A stretch of 32,000 nucleotides of DNA from Halalkalibacterium halodurans (GCF_004376175.1 NZ_SNUY01000003.1:16823-48822), one strand, 5' to 3'; counted from the first letter of the stretch, positions 15,481 to 26,022 are shown. A program made the numbers and translations. The notes: generated by a model from the sequence alone, not told the origin.

Positions 15481-18400
15481 ATGACTAAATCGTTGTTTGA
15501 ACAACAGTTAGAGCGAAAAATCGTCATCCTTGATGGGGCGATGGGGACCATGTTACAAGCCGCGAATCTAACCGCTGATGACTTTGGCGGAGAAGAGTAT
15601 GAAGGGTGTAATGAATATTTAAATGAGACGGCCCCCCATGTCGTTGAGGACATTCATCGCGCATACTTAGAGGCAGGAGCAGACGTCATTGCGACGAACA
15701 CGTTCGGGGCAACAGATATCGTTCTTGACGATTATGATCTCGGATACAAAGCAGAGGAGTTAAACATATGCGCGGTGAAAATCGCTAAACGTGTAGCTGA
15801 AGAGTTTTCCACTCCAGATTGGCCTCGATTCGTTGCAGGGGCGATGGGGCCGACGACGAAATCTCTTTCCGTCACAGGGGGCGCGACATTCGAACAACTT
15901 ATCGAGTCTTATCGCCAGCAAGCTACAGGTCTAATTAAAGGCGGGGCGGATATTTTATTACTCGAAACGAGCCAGGATATGCGAAACGTGAAGGCGGCTT
16001 ATTTAGGACTGAGCCAAGCGCAAAAAGAGCTAGAGGTGAAACTGCCTCTCATTATTTCTGGAACGATTGAACCGATGGGAACAACGCTCGCCGGCCAAAA
16101 CATCGAGGCGTTCTATTTGTCATTAGAGCATATGAATCCCGTCGTTGTCGGTCTCAACTGCGCTACAGGACCAGAATTTATGCGCGATCACCTCCGTTCT
16201 CTTTCAGACCTTGCGACCTGCTCTGTAAGCTGTTATCCGAATGCTGGGTTACCTGATGAAGAGGGGAACTATCACGAATCCCCAGAATCATTAGCAGCCA
16301 AGCTCGCAGGTTTTGCGGAAAAGGGCTGGTTGAATATGGTTGGTGGCTGTTGCGGGACGACTCCAGACCACATTCGTGCTCTTTTGGACGTTATGAAGCA
16401 ATTTGAGCCGAGACAACCAAAAGGGGATCACCCCCACTCGGTCTCAGGAATTGAGCCACTGTTATACGATGACAGCATGCGTCCACTATTTGTCGGTGAA
16501 CGGACAAACGTCATCGGGTCTCGTAAATTTAAACGGTTGATCGAAGAAGAAAAATATGAAGAAGCCTCAGAAATTGCAAGATCCCAAGTGAAGAAAGGGG
16601 CCCACGTTATCGATGTTTGTCTTGCTGATCCGGATCGCGATGAAATGGAGGACATGGAGGAATTTTTAAAATTCGTGATCAACAAAGTGAAGGTACCGCT
16701 CATGATTGACTCCACCGACGAAAAGGTAATTGAACAAGCGCTTACGTATTCACAAGGGAAAGCGATCATTAATTCGATCAACTTAGAGGACGGCGAAGAA
16801 CGTTTTGAAAAAGTGGTCCCGCTCGTCCATAAGTATGGAGCCGCGGTTGTCGTTGGTACGATCGACGAAGAAGGAATGGCGATTACGGCAGAAAAAAAAT
16901 TAGCGGTTGCGAAACGATCATACGACCTGCTCGTAAACAAATACAACATTCGTCCGAGCGATATTATTTTTGATCCGCTCGTGTTCCCGGTAGGAACAGG
17001 CGATGAGCAATACATTGGCTCGGCGAATGAGACGGTGGAAGGAATTAGGAGGATCAAAGAAGAGCTCCCTGAATGTTTAACGATTCTTGGAGTTAGTAAC
17101 GTGTCGTTCGGTCTTCCGCCTGTCGGAAGAGAGGTGCTGAACGCGGCGTACTTATACCATTGTACACAAGCTGGCCTTGATTACGCTATCGTGAACACAG
17201 AAAAGCTTGAGCGTTATGCCTCGATTTCTGATGAAGAAAAAGAATTGTCAAGGAAGCTCTTATTTGAAACGACAGATGAAACGCTCGCTGAGTTCACCGC
17301 CTTTTATCGAGGGAAAAAAGCAGAGAAAAAAGTGGAGACTTCTAATTTAACTTTGGAAGAGCGGTTGGCAAACTACATTGTTGAAGGGTCAAAGGACGGA
17401 CTGACAGAAGATTTAGATAAAGCGCTCGCGAAATATGATGATCCGCTTGATATCATTAACGGCCCGCTCATGAATGGCATGGACGAAGTCGGTCGTTTGT
17501 TTAACAATAACGAGCTTATTGTCGCTGAAGTATTGCAAAGCGCTGAGGTTATGAAGGCTTCCGTCGCCCACCTTGAGCCACATATGGAAAAGAAAGCAGA
17601 CGATCATGGAAAAGGAAAAATCATTCTTGCCACGGTCAAGGGCGATGTTCACGATATCGGGAAAAATCTAGTGGAAATTATTTTGAGCAATAATGGTTTC
17701 CGCATCGTGAACCTAGGAATTAAAGTTACCTCTAATGAGCTGATTGAAGCGGTGGCGAGAGAAAATCCAGATGCGATTGGCTTGTCAGGGTTGCTCGTCA
17801 AATCAGCACAACAAATGGTACTTACCGCCCAAGATTTGAAGCAACAACAAATTTCCATTCCGATTTTAGTCGGAGGCGCAGCCCTTACGCGGAAATTTAC
17901 GAATACAAAAATCGCTCCAGAGTATGATGGTCTCGTCGTCTACGCGAAGGATGCGATGAACGGGTTAGAGCTTGCCAATAAATTAATGAAACCTGATGAA
18001 CGAGAAAAGCTAGCGGTCTCCCTCCATGAAGCGAAGGAGCAGGCGAACTCGAGGACACAAATGGGAGGAGGCGGAACTGCAGTTGCGGTAAAGCCGACTC
18101 GATCCCATGTTTCGACAACGGTGCCTGTAGCGGTCCCACCTGATGTGAAGCCGCACATTTTGCGCCACCATAGCATTGCCCATTTAGAGCCGTATATTAA
18201 CATGCAGATGTTGTTAGGACGTCACTTAGGCTTACAAGGGAAAGTGAGCCGCCTGCTTGCAGAAAAAGACGAGAAGGCTCTTGAATTAAAAGAAAAAGTT
18301 GATGCGCTACTCACCCGGGTGAAAGAGGAGCAGCTCATGGAAGCTCATGGCATGTATCAGTTTTTTCCTGCTCAGTCGGATGGGGACGATATTGTCATTT

Positions 18401-18921
18401 ATGATCAAACGGGAACAAATGAAATCGAGCGATTCCATTTTCCGCGTCAGAATAAGGAGCCTTATCTGTGTCTTGCCGATTTCCTTCGCCCGGTTTCCAG
18501 TGGGGAAATGGACTATGTTGGCTTCCTTGCTGTAACCGCAGGAAAAGGCATTCGTGAATTAGGGGAGCAGGCGAAAGAGGCTGGAGACTATTTATTCAGT
18601 CACTTAATCCAAGCAACAGCCTTAGAGATGGCGGAAGGGTTTGCCGAGCGTGTCCATCAGCTCATGCGTGATAAGTGGGGGTTTCCTGATTCGGCTGACT
18701 TTACAATGGAAGAGCGTTTCGCTGCAAAATACCGTGGCATCCGTGTATCGTTTGGCTACCCTGCATGCCCTGACTTGGATGACCAAGCAAAGTTGTTTAA
18801 GCTGTTGAAGCCTGGAAAGATCGGAATTGAGTTGACGGAAGGGTTTATGATGGAGCCAGAAGCCTCCGTCACCGCGATGGTGTTTGCCCATCCTGAGGCT
18901 CGCTATTTTAATGTTTTATAG
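15481..18921 (+). CDS. metH: Cobalamin-dependent methionine synthase
   Basis: 1146 aa. It has an Hcy-binding domain ([17 protein letters not shown]) and a pterin-binding region. The B12-binding DxHxxG motif (GDVHDIGKN) plus SGLL is present. The C-terminal AdoMet activation domain shows [11 protein letters not shown]. Confidence 0.93.
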   Translation: MTKSLFEQQLERKIVILDGAMGTMLQAANLTADDFGGEEYEGCNEYLNETAPHVVEDIHRAYLEAGADVIATNTFGATDIVLDDYDLGYKAEELNICAVKIAKRVAEEFSTPDWPRFVAGAMGPTTKSLSVTGGATFEQLIESYRQQATGLIKGGADILLLETSQDMRNVKAAYLGLSQAQKELEVKLPLIISGTIEPMGTTLAGQNIEAFYLSLEHMNPVVVGLNCATGPEFMRDHLRSLSDLATCSVSCYPNAGLPDEEGNYHESPESLAAKLAGFAEKGWLNMVGGCCGTTPDHIRALLDVMKQFEPRQPKGDHPHSVSGIEPLLYDDSMRPLFVGERTNVIGSRKFKRLIEEEKYEEASEIARSQVKKGAHVIDVCLADPDRDEMEDMEEFLKFVINKVKVPLMIDSTDEKVIEQALTYSQGKAIINSINLEDGEERFEKVVPLVHKYGAAVVVGTIDEEGMAITAEKKLAVAKRSYDLLVNKYNIRPSDIIFDPLVFPVGTGDEQYIGSANETVEGIRRIKEELPECLTILGVSNVSFGLPPVGREVLNAAYLYHCTQAGLDYAIVNTEKLERYASISDEEKELSRKLLFETTDETLAEFTAFYRGKKAEKKVETSNLTLEERLANYIVEGSKDGLTEDLDKALAKYDDPLDIINGPLMNGMDEVGRLFNNNELIVAEVLQSAEVMKASVAHLEPHMEKKADDHGKGKIILATVKGDVHDIGKNLVEIILSNNGFRIVNLGIKVTSNELIEAVARENPDAIGLSGLLVKSAQQMVLTAQDLKQQQISIPILVGGAALTRKFTNTKIAPEYDGLVVYAKDAMNGLELANKLMKPDEREKLAVSLHEAKEQANSRTQMGGGGTAVAVKPTRSHVSTTVPVAVPPDVKPHILRHHSIAHLEPYINMQMLLGRHLGLQGKVSRLLAEKDEKALELKEKVDALLTRVKEEQLMEAHGMYQFFPAQSDGDDIVIYDQTGTNEIERFHFPRQNKEPYLCLADFLRPVSSGEMDYVGFLAVTAGKGIRELGEQAKEAGDYLFSHLIQATALEMAEGFAERVHQLMRDKWGFPDSADFTMEERFAAKYRGIRVSFGYPACPDLDDQAKLFKLLKPGKIGIELTEGFMMEPEASVTAMVFAHPEARYFNVL

Positions 18922-18925
18922 AGGT

Positions 18926-18962
18926 AAGACCTTTTCTGTTATAAGCAGAGAAGGTCTTTTTT
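18926..18962 (+). terminator. Rho-independent terminator after metH
   Basis: AAGACCTTTTCTG (18926-18938) pairs with CAGAGAAGGTCTT (18946-18958) with one mismatch, then a T-run follows. Confidence 0.8.
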
Positions 18963-19225
18963 CATTTTAAATAATCGAGCGCGTATGAAAGATCAAGTTG
19001 CTAAAGGGTGGCGACAAGCACGGGCTGTTAATAACTTTTACTTTGTAAAAAAGCACCTAGCTGGTAAGATCGTGTGCTCATTGCTCAAATTTCTCAATGC
19101 TTAAGTTTTTTCTCCTTTTTTGAATAAAAACGCTAAGGGTCAACAAACAATACGTGTAAGCGTTGGCGTATAGACACAACATTGGGAATAAGCAATTGCC
19201 TAAACCATAAGGAGGTACGAACAGC

Positions 19226-20299
19226 ATGAGTACACGAGGATGGTTGAAAATTCCTCTTCTGAGTTTAGCTTTATTTCTCAGTTTAATGAACATGACGACG
19301 ACAGCCCATGCTTTTTCTGACCAAGTCATCCAGCATGGAGCCACCGGGGATGATGTGGTGGAATTACAAGCCCGACTCCAATACATTGGTTTTTACAATA
19401 AGAAGATTGATGGTGTCTTTGGATGGAGCACATACTGGGCCGTTCGTAATTATCAATATGAGTTCGGGATGGAAGTGGATGGTCTTGTTGGGCCTGAAAT
19501 GAAAGCAAAGCTTGAAAAAACAACAAACTTCAACCGAGATTTTGTCGATAGGGCGCTGACCCAAGGAAGGAAATTTACCCATTATGGCGGGGTACCAAAA
19601 CAGATTCAAAAAGGGCCAAAAGGGAGCGCAGATGAAAGGAGGCGTGCACGCGAAGAAGTGAGACAGCCTCGAGCTGATCGTCCTGGAAGAGATGACCCTG
19701 CCGCGCCAACGGATGAAAGGAGGCGTGCACGCGAAGAAGTGAGACAGCCTCGAGCTGATCGTCCTGGAAGAGATGACCCTGCCGCGCCAACGGATGAAAG
19801 AGCTCCGCGGCGTGAGGAAACACCTGCTCCGACGCCGGAACCGACACCTGCACCACCAGAGGAGCCAACACCTTACGAAGAAACACCTGATGCTCAAGAT
19901 GATGAGGCAAATATCGAAAAAGCAACAAATGTTCCTGCAGGTTACTCTGATAACGATATTCAACTAATGGCACAAGCCGTTTATGGAGAAGCGCGGGGAG
20001 AGCCTTATGTAGGACAAGTGGCTGTTGCTGCTGTTATTTTAAATCGATTGAACAGTCCAACCTTCCCAGATACCGTCTCAGGTGTCATTTTTGAGCCACT
20101 TGCTTTCACGGCAGTAGCCGACGGGCAAATTTACATGACACCAGATGAAACGGCAAGACGGGCCGTGTTAGATGCATTGAACGGCCAAGATCCGTCAGGA
20201 GGCGCAACCTATTATTTTAACCCGGATACAGCGACATCTGGTTGGATCTGGTCAAGACCACAAATTAAACGGATTGGAAAACATATTTTCCTTAATTAG
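19226..20299 (+). CDS. sleB: Spore cortex-lytic enzyme SleB with an expanded charged, proline-rich linker
   Basis: AAGGAGG lies upstream. The protein has a signal peptide ending TAHA and an N-terminal PG_binding_1-like domain (GDDVVELQARLQYIGFY...DGVFG). The C-terminal SleB hydrolase domain shows AQAVYGEARGEPY...ATYYFNP. At 357 aa it is longer than my recollection of about 305 aa for B. subtilis. Confidence 0.88.
   Translation: MSTRGWLKIPLLSLALFLSLMNMTTTAHAFSDQVIQHGATGDDVVELQARLQYIGFYNKKIDGVFGWSTYWAVRNYQYEFGMEVDGLVGPEMKAKLEKTTNFNRDFVDRALTQGRKFTHYGGVPKQIQKGPKGSADERRRAREEVRQPRADRPGRDDPAAPTDERRRAREEVRQPRADRPGRDDPAAPTDERAPRREETPAPTPEPTPAPPEEPTPYEETPDAQDDEANIEKATNVPAGYSDNDIQLMAQAVYGEARGEPYVGQVAVAAVILNRLNSPTFPDTVSGVIFEPLAFTAVADGQIYMTPDETARRAVLDALNGQDPSGGATYYFNPDTATSGWIWSRPQIKRIGKHIFLN
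19631..19800 (+). repeat. Perfect 81-bp direct tandem repeat (2 full copies plus 8 bp of a third), in frame within sleB
   Basis: 19631-19711 and 19712-19792 are identical base for base on hand comparison. 19793-19800 repeats GATGAAAG and then diverges. Each copy encodes DERRRAREEVRQPRADRPGRDDPAAPT. Confidence 0.95.
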
Positions 20300-20318
20300 T
20301 ATCTGGAGGTGAGCGATT

Positions 20319-21662
20319 GTGATACGGAATGTAATCATTGGCCTATTAGCGGTAGCCGTCATCGCGACAGGTTACTGGGGCTTCCAGGAACAACAGCAAA
20401 GTCAAATTTTAACCGTGCAAGCCGAAAATAGCTATCAACGGGCGTTTCACGAATTAGCCTATCATATTGATCAAATTGAAGATCAACTAGGGGCGACGAT
20501 TGCTATGAATACAAGAAGGCAGCTAACCCCTTCTCTGGCGGAAGTTTGGAGGCTGACGAGTCTTGCATCAGAGGAGATTGGCCAGCTTCCCTTAGGTATT
20601 GTCGATTTAAGCAAAACGGAAGAGTTTTTGCATCATTTGGGAACGTTTAGTTACAAAACATCGATCCGAGATCTTGATAAGGAACCGTTAACAGACGAAG
20701 AATACGAAAAGTTAGAGAAGTTACATGATTATTCGAAGACGATCAAAAATGATTTGCGGAAAACGCAAGCGATGACGTTGAAAAAAGATATGCGCTGGCT
20801 CGACTTAAATAAGGAGTTTCAAGCACAAGACGAACCATTAGATAACGCAATCGTCGATGGCTTTCGAACGATGGATGAGCATGTAAAAGGTGCAAGTGAA
20901 GTTGAGTGGGGACCAGGAATGGTCATTAGAAACGACCATGAAAAAAAATTAGAAAAACGACTTGAAAAAAGAAAGATAACAGAAGAGGAAGCAAAGGAAA
21001 TTGCTTTATCATATGTTGATATGGAACAGGCAACGGATGTGATTGTTTCTGAAACAGGTGATGGCCTTGATATGTATAGTGTCATCATCGATGATCCTGA
21101 AAGGCAAGCCCATTACTATTTAGACATGACTCAACAAGGCGGACACCCAATTTGGTTTCTTCAGGAACGCCAGATTAACGAGCAAAATATGAGTTTGAAT
21201 GAAGCCTCTAACAAAGCACAAGAGTTTTTAGAGGAGCACGACAAGGAAAATATGCAGCTCGTTGATAGCAAGCAGTATGATTCGATCGGTGTGTTTGAAT
21301 TTGTCTATCTTGAAGATAACGTACGGGTTTATCCAGACAGGATTAAAGTCGAAGTCGCTTTAGATGAAGGCGATATTATCGGCTATGAGGCGATGTCCTA
21401 TTTAGTGAATCATCATGATCGTGACCTTGAAGAGCCTGAGTTGACAGCAGATGAAGCGAGGGAGCGACTAAACCCGCGTTTAGAGGTGATGGAAGATCAC
21501 ATCGCACTCATTCAAAATGATCTCGGGGAAGAAGTGCTTTGTTATGAGTTTTTCGGGGTCATCAATGACGAAACGTATCGAATTTACATTAATGCGGAAG
21601 ATGGAGAAGAAGAAAAAGTGGAAAAAATGCAGGAGGCCGAGCCTGTATATGATTTTGATTAG
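20319..21662 (+). CDS. ypeB: Germination protein YpeB (SleB partner; N-terminal TM anchor, PepSY-type C-terminal repeats)
   Basis: 447 aa with a GTG start 7 nt after GGAGGTG. It has an N-terminal hydrophobic anchor. It lies immediately downstream of sleB, as in the conserved sleB-ypeB operon. Confidence 0.85.
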   Translation: MIRNVIIGLLAVAVIATGYWGFQEQQQSQILTVQAENSYQRAFHELAYHIDQIEDQLGATIAMNTRRQLTPSLAEVWRLTSLASEEIGQLPLGIVDLSKTEEFLHHLGTFSYKTSIRDLDKEPLTDEEYEKLEKLHDYSKTIKNDLRKTQAMTLKKDMRWLDLNKEFQAQDEPLDNAIVDGFRTMDEHVKGASEVEWGPGMVIRNDHEKKLEKRLEKRKITEEEAKEIALSYVDMEQATDVIVSETGDGLDMYSVIIDDPERQAHYYLDMTQQGGHPIWFLQERQINEQNMSLNEASNKAQEFLEEHDKENMQLVDSKQYDSIGVFEFVYLEDNVRVYPDRIKVEVALDEGDIIGYEAMSYLVNHHDRDLEEPELTADEARERLNPRLEVMEDHIALIQNDLGEEVLCYEFFGVINDETYRIYINAEDGEEEKVEKMQEAEPVYDFD

Positions 21663-21694
21663 GAAGAAGGGGAGCTCTCCTTCTTCTTTTTTTT
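21662..21694 (+). terminator. Rho-independent terminator after ypeB
   Basis: GGAAGAAGGGGAG pairs with CTCTCCTTCTTC around a GAGCTC centre, followed by a T8 run. Confidence 0.75.
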
Positions 21695-21756
21695 CGTCTA
21701 CCGTGAGATAATAAGATTAAATCATCAAGTGCGAAAAGTTAGAGGGGGATTCTGCG

Positions 21757-22434
21757 GTGATAGCCATTGGTGATACAATCTATCTAGAGAAAACAGGTGA
21801 ACAAGGGGAGAACGAAGAGGCTGAACGTTATTATTGTCGTCTGGTTGATCGACTGAATCAAGAAATGGTGATCGATGTTCCAATCCACGAACAGACGAAG
21901 AAACCTAGTCTTTTTCCAGAAGGAACTCCATTTCGTGCACATTTCTTAGGGAAGGATGGCGCGATGTATATATTTGAATCAACCATTAAGGAAAGAAGGC
22001 GAGAGACGATTCCAGTTCTCGTTTTTAATGATCCTGGGCCCGAAATCTATAAGCGAATTCAACGAAGGCAAGATGTGCGCGTTTCAGCAACTGTGGATTG
22101 TGCGATTCATCCAACTGAAAACACGGCGTTTACTCCATTTCGCGCGACAACGGTTGACATTAGTGGTGGCGGCTGTGCGATTGTCCTTCCAAACGGTCGA
22201 AGCCTTCCCGGAGATGGAGAGATAGACATTGTGCTAGCCTTACATTTACAATCGAGTGATATGTTTTTCGTAGAAGCACGCTGCAAGATCGTTCGTTTAC
22301 ATAAGCGACATGAGGAAGCGCTCAGCCGCGTGTCCCTTCAGTTTATTTCGATTGAAGAACGTCATAAAGAGAAAATTATTCGATTTTGCTTCGAGCGTCA
22401 ACTGCAAGACAAGCAGTTGTTATTTGATTCATAA
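21757..22434 (+). CDS. ypfA: PilZ-domain c-di-GMP receptor (YpfA/MotI/DgrA-type flagellar brake protein)
   Basis: 225 aa with a GTG start after AGAGGGGG. The PilZ motifs RRQDVR (RxxxR) and DISGGG (D/NxSxxG) are present. It sits between ypeB and cmk as in B. subtilis. Confidence 0.8.
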   Translation: MIAIGDTIYLEKTGEQGENEEAERYYCRLVDRLNQEMVIDVPIHEQTKKPSLFPEGTPFRAHFLGKDGAMYIFESTIKERRRETIPVLVFNDPGPEIYKRIQRRQDVRVSATVDCAIHPTENTAFTPFRATTVDISGGGCAIVLPNGRSLPGDGEIDIVLALHLQSSDMFFVEARCKIVRLHKRHEEALSRVSLQFISIEERHKEKIIRFCFERQLQDKQLLFDS

Positions 22435-22464
22435 AAAGCTAAATCGTGTTTTCGCAGACGAGGA

Positions 22465-22494
22465 TTAGACCATCCGCGAAGAATATGGTATGAT
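22465..22494 (+). promoter_or_regulatory. Putative sigma-A promoter with extended -10 upstream of cmk
   Basis: TTAGAC (22465-22470), an 18-nt spacer, then TGgTATGAT (TG at 22486-22487, hexamer 22489-22494). Confidence 0.5.
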
Positions 22495-22557
22495 ATTGAT
22501 TGAATAATTAGATAGATTATCCATTGAATTGTTGTCCTTAGACATTAGAGGTGTAGA

Positions 22558-23226
22558 ATGAAGAAGATGAAAATTGCAATTGATGGCCCTGCAGGGGCAG
22601 GGAAAAGTACAGTTGCCAAACAAGTGGCACAGGCGTTGTCCTTCTTGTACATAGATACTGGGGCGATGTACCGAGCGTTAACGTATGCAGCGATTAAACA
22701 TCATGTTTCGCCTGATGATGAAGCATCGTTAAAATCGCTACTTGATTCGATCGAGATTAAGCTCGTGGATGAACAAGCAAAAACGAGGGTATACGTAAAT
22801 AATACAGACGTTACGGATCAAGTACGTACTGATGAAGTGACAAAGTCCGTTTCGCTCGTTTCCAGCCATGGACAGGTGCGAAAGGAAATGGTTAGACAGC
22901 AGCGACTATTAGCTGAAGATACAAATTGTGTGTTGGATGGAAGAGATATCGGTACCTACGTTTTACCGAATGCGGAACTGAAGTTTTTTCTAACAGCTAC
23001 CGTAGAAGAGCGGGCAAGACGACGGTACGAAGAAAATATCCAAAAAGGGTTTAAGCAAAGCTTAGAGCAATTAATAAAAGACATTGCAAGACGAGATGAA
23101 TTTGACTCAAATCGTTCCTTTGCCCCGCTTCGGAAGGCGGAAGACGCGATTGAAATCGATACGACGAGCCTTTCCATATCTGAAGTGACACAAACCATCA
23201 TCGGCTATGTAAAGGAGCGAGTGTAG
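22558..23226 (+). CDS. cmk: Cytidylate kinase
   Basis: 222 aa with the P-loop GPAGAGKST and YIDTGAMYR. The start could instead be the second ATG at 22567, because the SD spacing is ambiguous. Confidence 0.9.
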   Translation: MKKMKIAIDGPAGAGKSTVAKQVAQALSFLYIDTGAMYRALTYAAIKHHVSPDDEASLKSLLDSIEIKLVDEQAKTRVYVNNTDVTDQVRTDEVTKSVSLVSSHGQVRKEMVRQQRLLAEDTNCVLDGRDIGTYVLPNAELKFFLTATVEERARRRYEENIQKGFKQSLEQLIKDIARRDEFDSNRSFAPLRKAEDAIEIDTTSLSISEVTQTIIGYVKERV

Positions 23227-23229
23227 TCC

Positions 23230-23817
23230 ATGTCCATTTATTCCATTGGCAGATGGATTTGTCGGTCATATTTTCGTCTCTTTTTCAAAGTTGAAGTCAT
23301 TGGCGCAAGCCGCATTCCTGACGAAGGAGGATTACTCCTTTGTTGCAACCATTTTAGCAACTATGATCCGCCGTTTGTCGGCTCGTTTTTCCCACGTAAA
23401 GTTCGCTTTATGGCAAAGGAAGAGCTCTTTCGATTCAAACCGCTCCAGTCACTGATGATGGCGGTAGGCGCGTTTCCGGTTAGACGGGGAGCAGGCGACA
23501 AACAAGCGTTAAAAGTTGGGTTGAAGCTATTAAAAGAAGGCGAAACACTCGGGATCTTTCCCGAAGGCACTCGCAGCAAAGATGGACAAATTGGGAAAGG
23601 GCTATCTGGAGTTGGTTTCTTTGCCTTACGAAGCGATGCAACGGTAGTCCCTTGTGCGATCGTAGGTAAATATCGCTTTTTTCGAAAAGTCCGCTTTGTG
23701 ATTGGGGACCCGGTCCCGATGGAAGAGCTGAAGGAGCGTAAAGCTTCCGCTGAAGAGGCCACTGAAGTCATTATGAAAGCCATTCGCAAGCTACATGAAC
23801 AAAATCACATGAGTTAA
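23230..23817 (+). CDS. 1-acyl-sn-glycerol-3-phosphate acyltransferase (PlsC family)
   Basis: 195 aa. It has the HX4D motif NHFSNYD and the FPEGTRS motif. AAGGAG lies upstream. Confidence 0.85.
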   Translation: MSIYSIGRWICRSYFRLFFKVEVIGASRIPDEGGLLLCCNHFSNYDPPFVGSFFPRKVRFMAKEELFRFKPLQSLMMAVGAFPVRRGAGDKQALKVGLKLLKEGETLGIFPEGTRSKDGQIGKGLSGVGFFALRSDATVVPCAIVGKYRFFRKVRFVIGDPVPMEELKERKASAEEATEVIMKAIRKLHEQNHMS

Positions 23818-23897
23818 ATCTCTTTCGCATACGTGAAAGATGGTTATAAACAAAGTTAGATTTCCCTCGTTTTGTGGGTTGAAGGAGGCAAAAGTCA

Positions 23898-25049
23898 ATG
23901 GTCGAAGAAATGAACAATGAAGTCACAGAGATGAAATCTTTTTCTGTTGGAGATGTTGTCAGCGGGAAAGTGACAAAAGTCGAAGATAAGCAAGCGTTCG
24001 TCGACGTAGGCTTTAAAGTGGATGGCATCATTCCAATTAGCGAGCTTTCCAGCTTGCATGTGGAGAAAGTAAGTGACGTTCTGTCTGAAGGGGACGAGCT
24101 TGAGCTAAAAGTATTAAAAGTGGAAGATGATGAGCTCATTTTGTCTAAGCGTGCTGTACAAGCAGAAAAAGCGTGGGAAACGCTTCAAGCTGCCCTTGAT
24201 TCAGGAGAAGTAATCGAAGCTGAAGTGGCAGATGTCGTCAAAGGAGGTCTCGTCGTAGATCTAGGCGTCCGTGGCTTCATTCCAGCGTCTCTTGTCGAAC
24301 GTCATTATGTAGAAGATTTCTCAGACTATAAAGGACGCACTCTTCGCCTTAAAGTGGTGGAGCTTGATAAAGAAGCGAATAAGCTTATTCTATCTCAGCG
24401 TGCCGTTCTTGATGAAGAAGTTGAAGCGAAGAAGAAAGAAGTGCTTGCATCCCTACAACCAGGTGATGTTGTTGAAGGAACGGTTCAGCGGTTAACAGAC
24501 TTTGGAGCCTTTGTGGATGTTGGCGGTGTAGATGGACTTGTTCATATCTCTCAACTTGCCCACCATCGAGTGGAAACACCGGCAGAAGTTGTAAAAGAAG
24601 GAGACGCAGTAAAAGTAAAGGTTTTATCTGTAGATCCTGATAGCGAGCGCGTATCGTTATCGATTAAAGAGACATTGCCAGGTCCTTGGGAGCAAGTGGA
24701 AGGAACGATTCAGCCGGGTGATGTCATCGAAGGAACAGTTAAACGACTCGTATCCTTTGGAGCCTTTGTAGAAGTAGCTCCTGGAGTTGAGGGACTCGTT
24801 CATATTTCGCAAATTGCCAATCGCCACATCGGAACACCTGGAGAAGTACTATCAGAGGGCGAACGTGTACAAGCGAAAGTTCTAGATGTGAACATCTCTG
24901 AAAAACGGATTTCGCTCAGCATTCGTGAACTTTTAGACGATGCTGGAAGCAATCAAAGTGACCGTGAAGTTTATGAAAGCACGAATGAGGAATCCTCAGG
25001 TTTCTCACTCGGTGATATGATTGGTGACGAACTGAAAAAATACAAGTAA
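23898..25049 (+). CDS. rpsA: 30S ribosomal protein S1 homologue (four S1 domains)
   Basis: 383 aa with repeated S1 motifs (G.V.G.V......GAFVD...G..GL.HIS). GAAGGAGG lies upstream. Confidence 0.9.
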   Translation: MVEEMNNEVTEMKSFSVGDVVSGKVTKVEDKQAFVDVGFKVDGIIPISELSSLHVEKVSDVLSEGDELELKVLKVEDDELILSKRAVQAEKAWETLQAALDSGEVIEAEVADVVKGGLVVDLGVRGFIPASLVERHYVEDFSDYKGRTLRLKVVELDKEANKLILSQRAVLDEEVEAKKKEVLASLQPGDVVEGTVQRLTDFGAFVDVGGVDGLVHISQLAHHRVETPAEVVKEGDAVKVKVLSVDPDSERVSLSIKETLPGPWEQVEGTIQPGDVIEGTVKRLVSFGAFVEVAPGVEGLVHISQIANRHIGTPGEVLSEGERVQAKVLDVNISEKRISLSIRELLDDAGSNQSDREVYESTNEESSGFSLGDMIGDELKKYK

Positions 25050-25058
25050 GGATCAGTG

Positions 25059-25091
25059 AATCGGTGGCGTTGAAACGGCCACCGATTTTTT
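25059..25091 (+). terminator. Rho-independent terminator after rpsA
   Basis: AATCGGTGGC (25059-25068) pairs perfectly with GCCACCGATT (25078-25087), then a T-run follows. Confidence 0.85.
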
Positions 25092-25277
25092 GCGCATAGA
25101 AGAAGGGCGCGATCACTTGCTGCGACGAAGTGTAAAGGATCACTCGAGCCCCGATGCGGCTCTCACACTGATAGGGATTGCTCGCGACTTTTTTCTTTCC
25201 TACTAGAGCGATTAACAACAACACTGCGTTGTTTAAAAATAGCAAAAACCGCCGATACTGGGACCGAGGTGGGGTAG

Positions 25278-25889
25278 ATGAGCGGAGGCTATTTTTTTTG
25301 GTTTGCTTGGACTAGTTGGATTGTGATTACATTTTTTATGCCAAAATCGAAAGTGCGTACAAAGCTTGCCGTCGCATTATTGCTTTTAATCATCATGAGT
25401 GGTATCCAGTTTACGATAGGGGGGCAAGCAATTAATGCATCTGTCATTCTTTTGCAAATGGTCGGTTACTTCCTCGTGCGAAGGTGGAAAGGCACTACTC
25501 TTTTGTACGTCTGTATGGGGACATGGGTGATTGCGGCAGCCTATGCAGGTTTTCATTTTATAGAAGTATTTGATCCGGTCGTTTTAATCGTTGATCGAAT
25601 ATGGCTTTTGAGCCCTATTATCGCGATTCTCGTTTTGCTGTTAGCTGTCGATCGAAGAAAACGTTTCCCGTTCGTAATCCTTGGTTTTACCCATGGAGAA
25701 TGGCTTGTCACGTTTGGGTTTCGTCATTCATACCATCCTATTGAACTCGGAAGCTTCGCAAGCCTTGATGTCTTGATGGTGAGCAGCTTCCTTATCGTAT
25801 GCTGGAGTGCCCTTGAATGGTTGGCGACTTGGATTGCGTCTATAACCGATCGCAGAAAGCAAACTTCTTCCCATCCATCCGCATCTTAA
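25278..25889 (+). CDS. yphA: YphA-like integral membrane protein
   Basis: 203-aa hydrophobic ORF preceded by GAGGTGGGG. Its position between rpsA and der matches B. subtilis yphA. The identity call rests on synteny only. Confidence 0.6.
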   Translation: MSGGYFFWFAWTSWIVITFFMPKSKVRTKLAVALLLLIIMSGIQFTIGGQAINASVILLQMVGYFLVRRWKGTTLLYVCMGTWVIAAAYAGFHFIEVFDPVVLIVDRIWLLSPIIAILVLLLAVDRRKRFPFVILGFTHGEWLVTFGFRHSYHPIELGSFASLDVLMVSSFLIVCWSALEWLATWIASITDRRKQTSSHPSAS

Positions 25890-25957
25890 CCGCTTAATGA
25901 AGGGTCGACATTTACGAGAAGTTCTAGTAAAATGAATGAGCTAGTACGTGCTATTCG

Positions 25958-25988
25958 CGTGAAAACATGGTTGATTTGCGTTTTCACG
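25958..25988 (+). terminator. Hairpin downstream of yphA; weak terminator or attenuator candidate
   Basis: CGTGAAAAC (25958-25966) pairs perfectly with GTTTTCACG (25980-25988). The tail TTCGTTT is only partly U-rich. Confidence 0.3.
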
Positions 25989-26022
25989 TTCGTTTACATA
26001 GAAGAAGAAAGGTTGAAGCTCA

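Noticed and set aside
16428-17057. 209-aa ORF on the minus strand inside metH
   Set aside because: It is entirely antisense to a confidently identified, motif-rich metH frame. It has no SD and a low-complexity Ser-rich translation typical of shadow ORFs.
19631-19800. Tandem repeat as a possible CRISPR array
   Set aside because: The repeats abut directly with no spacers. They lie in frame inside sleB, and no cas genes are nearby.
19364-19973. Two long minus-strand ORFs (199 aa and 132 aa) plus short plus-strand ORFs over the sleB linker
   Set aside because: They are artefacts of the GC-rich, stop-poor tandem repeat. Their translations are repetitive Arg/Ser/Cys-rich. The sleB frame has clear flanking domains on both sides.
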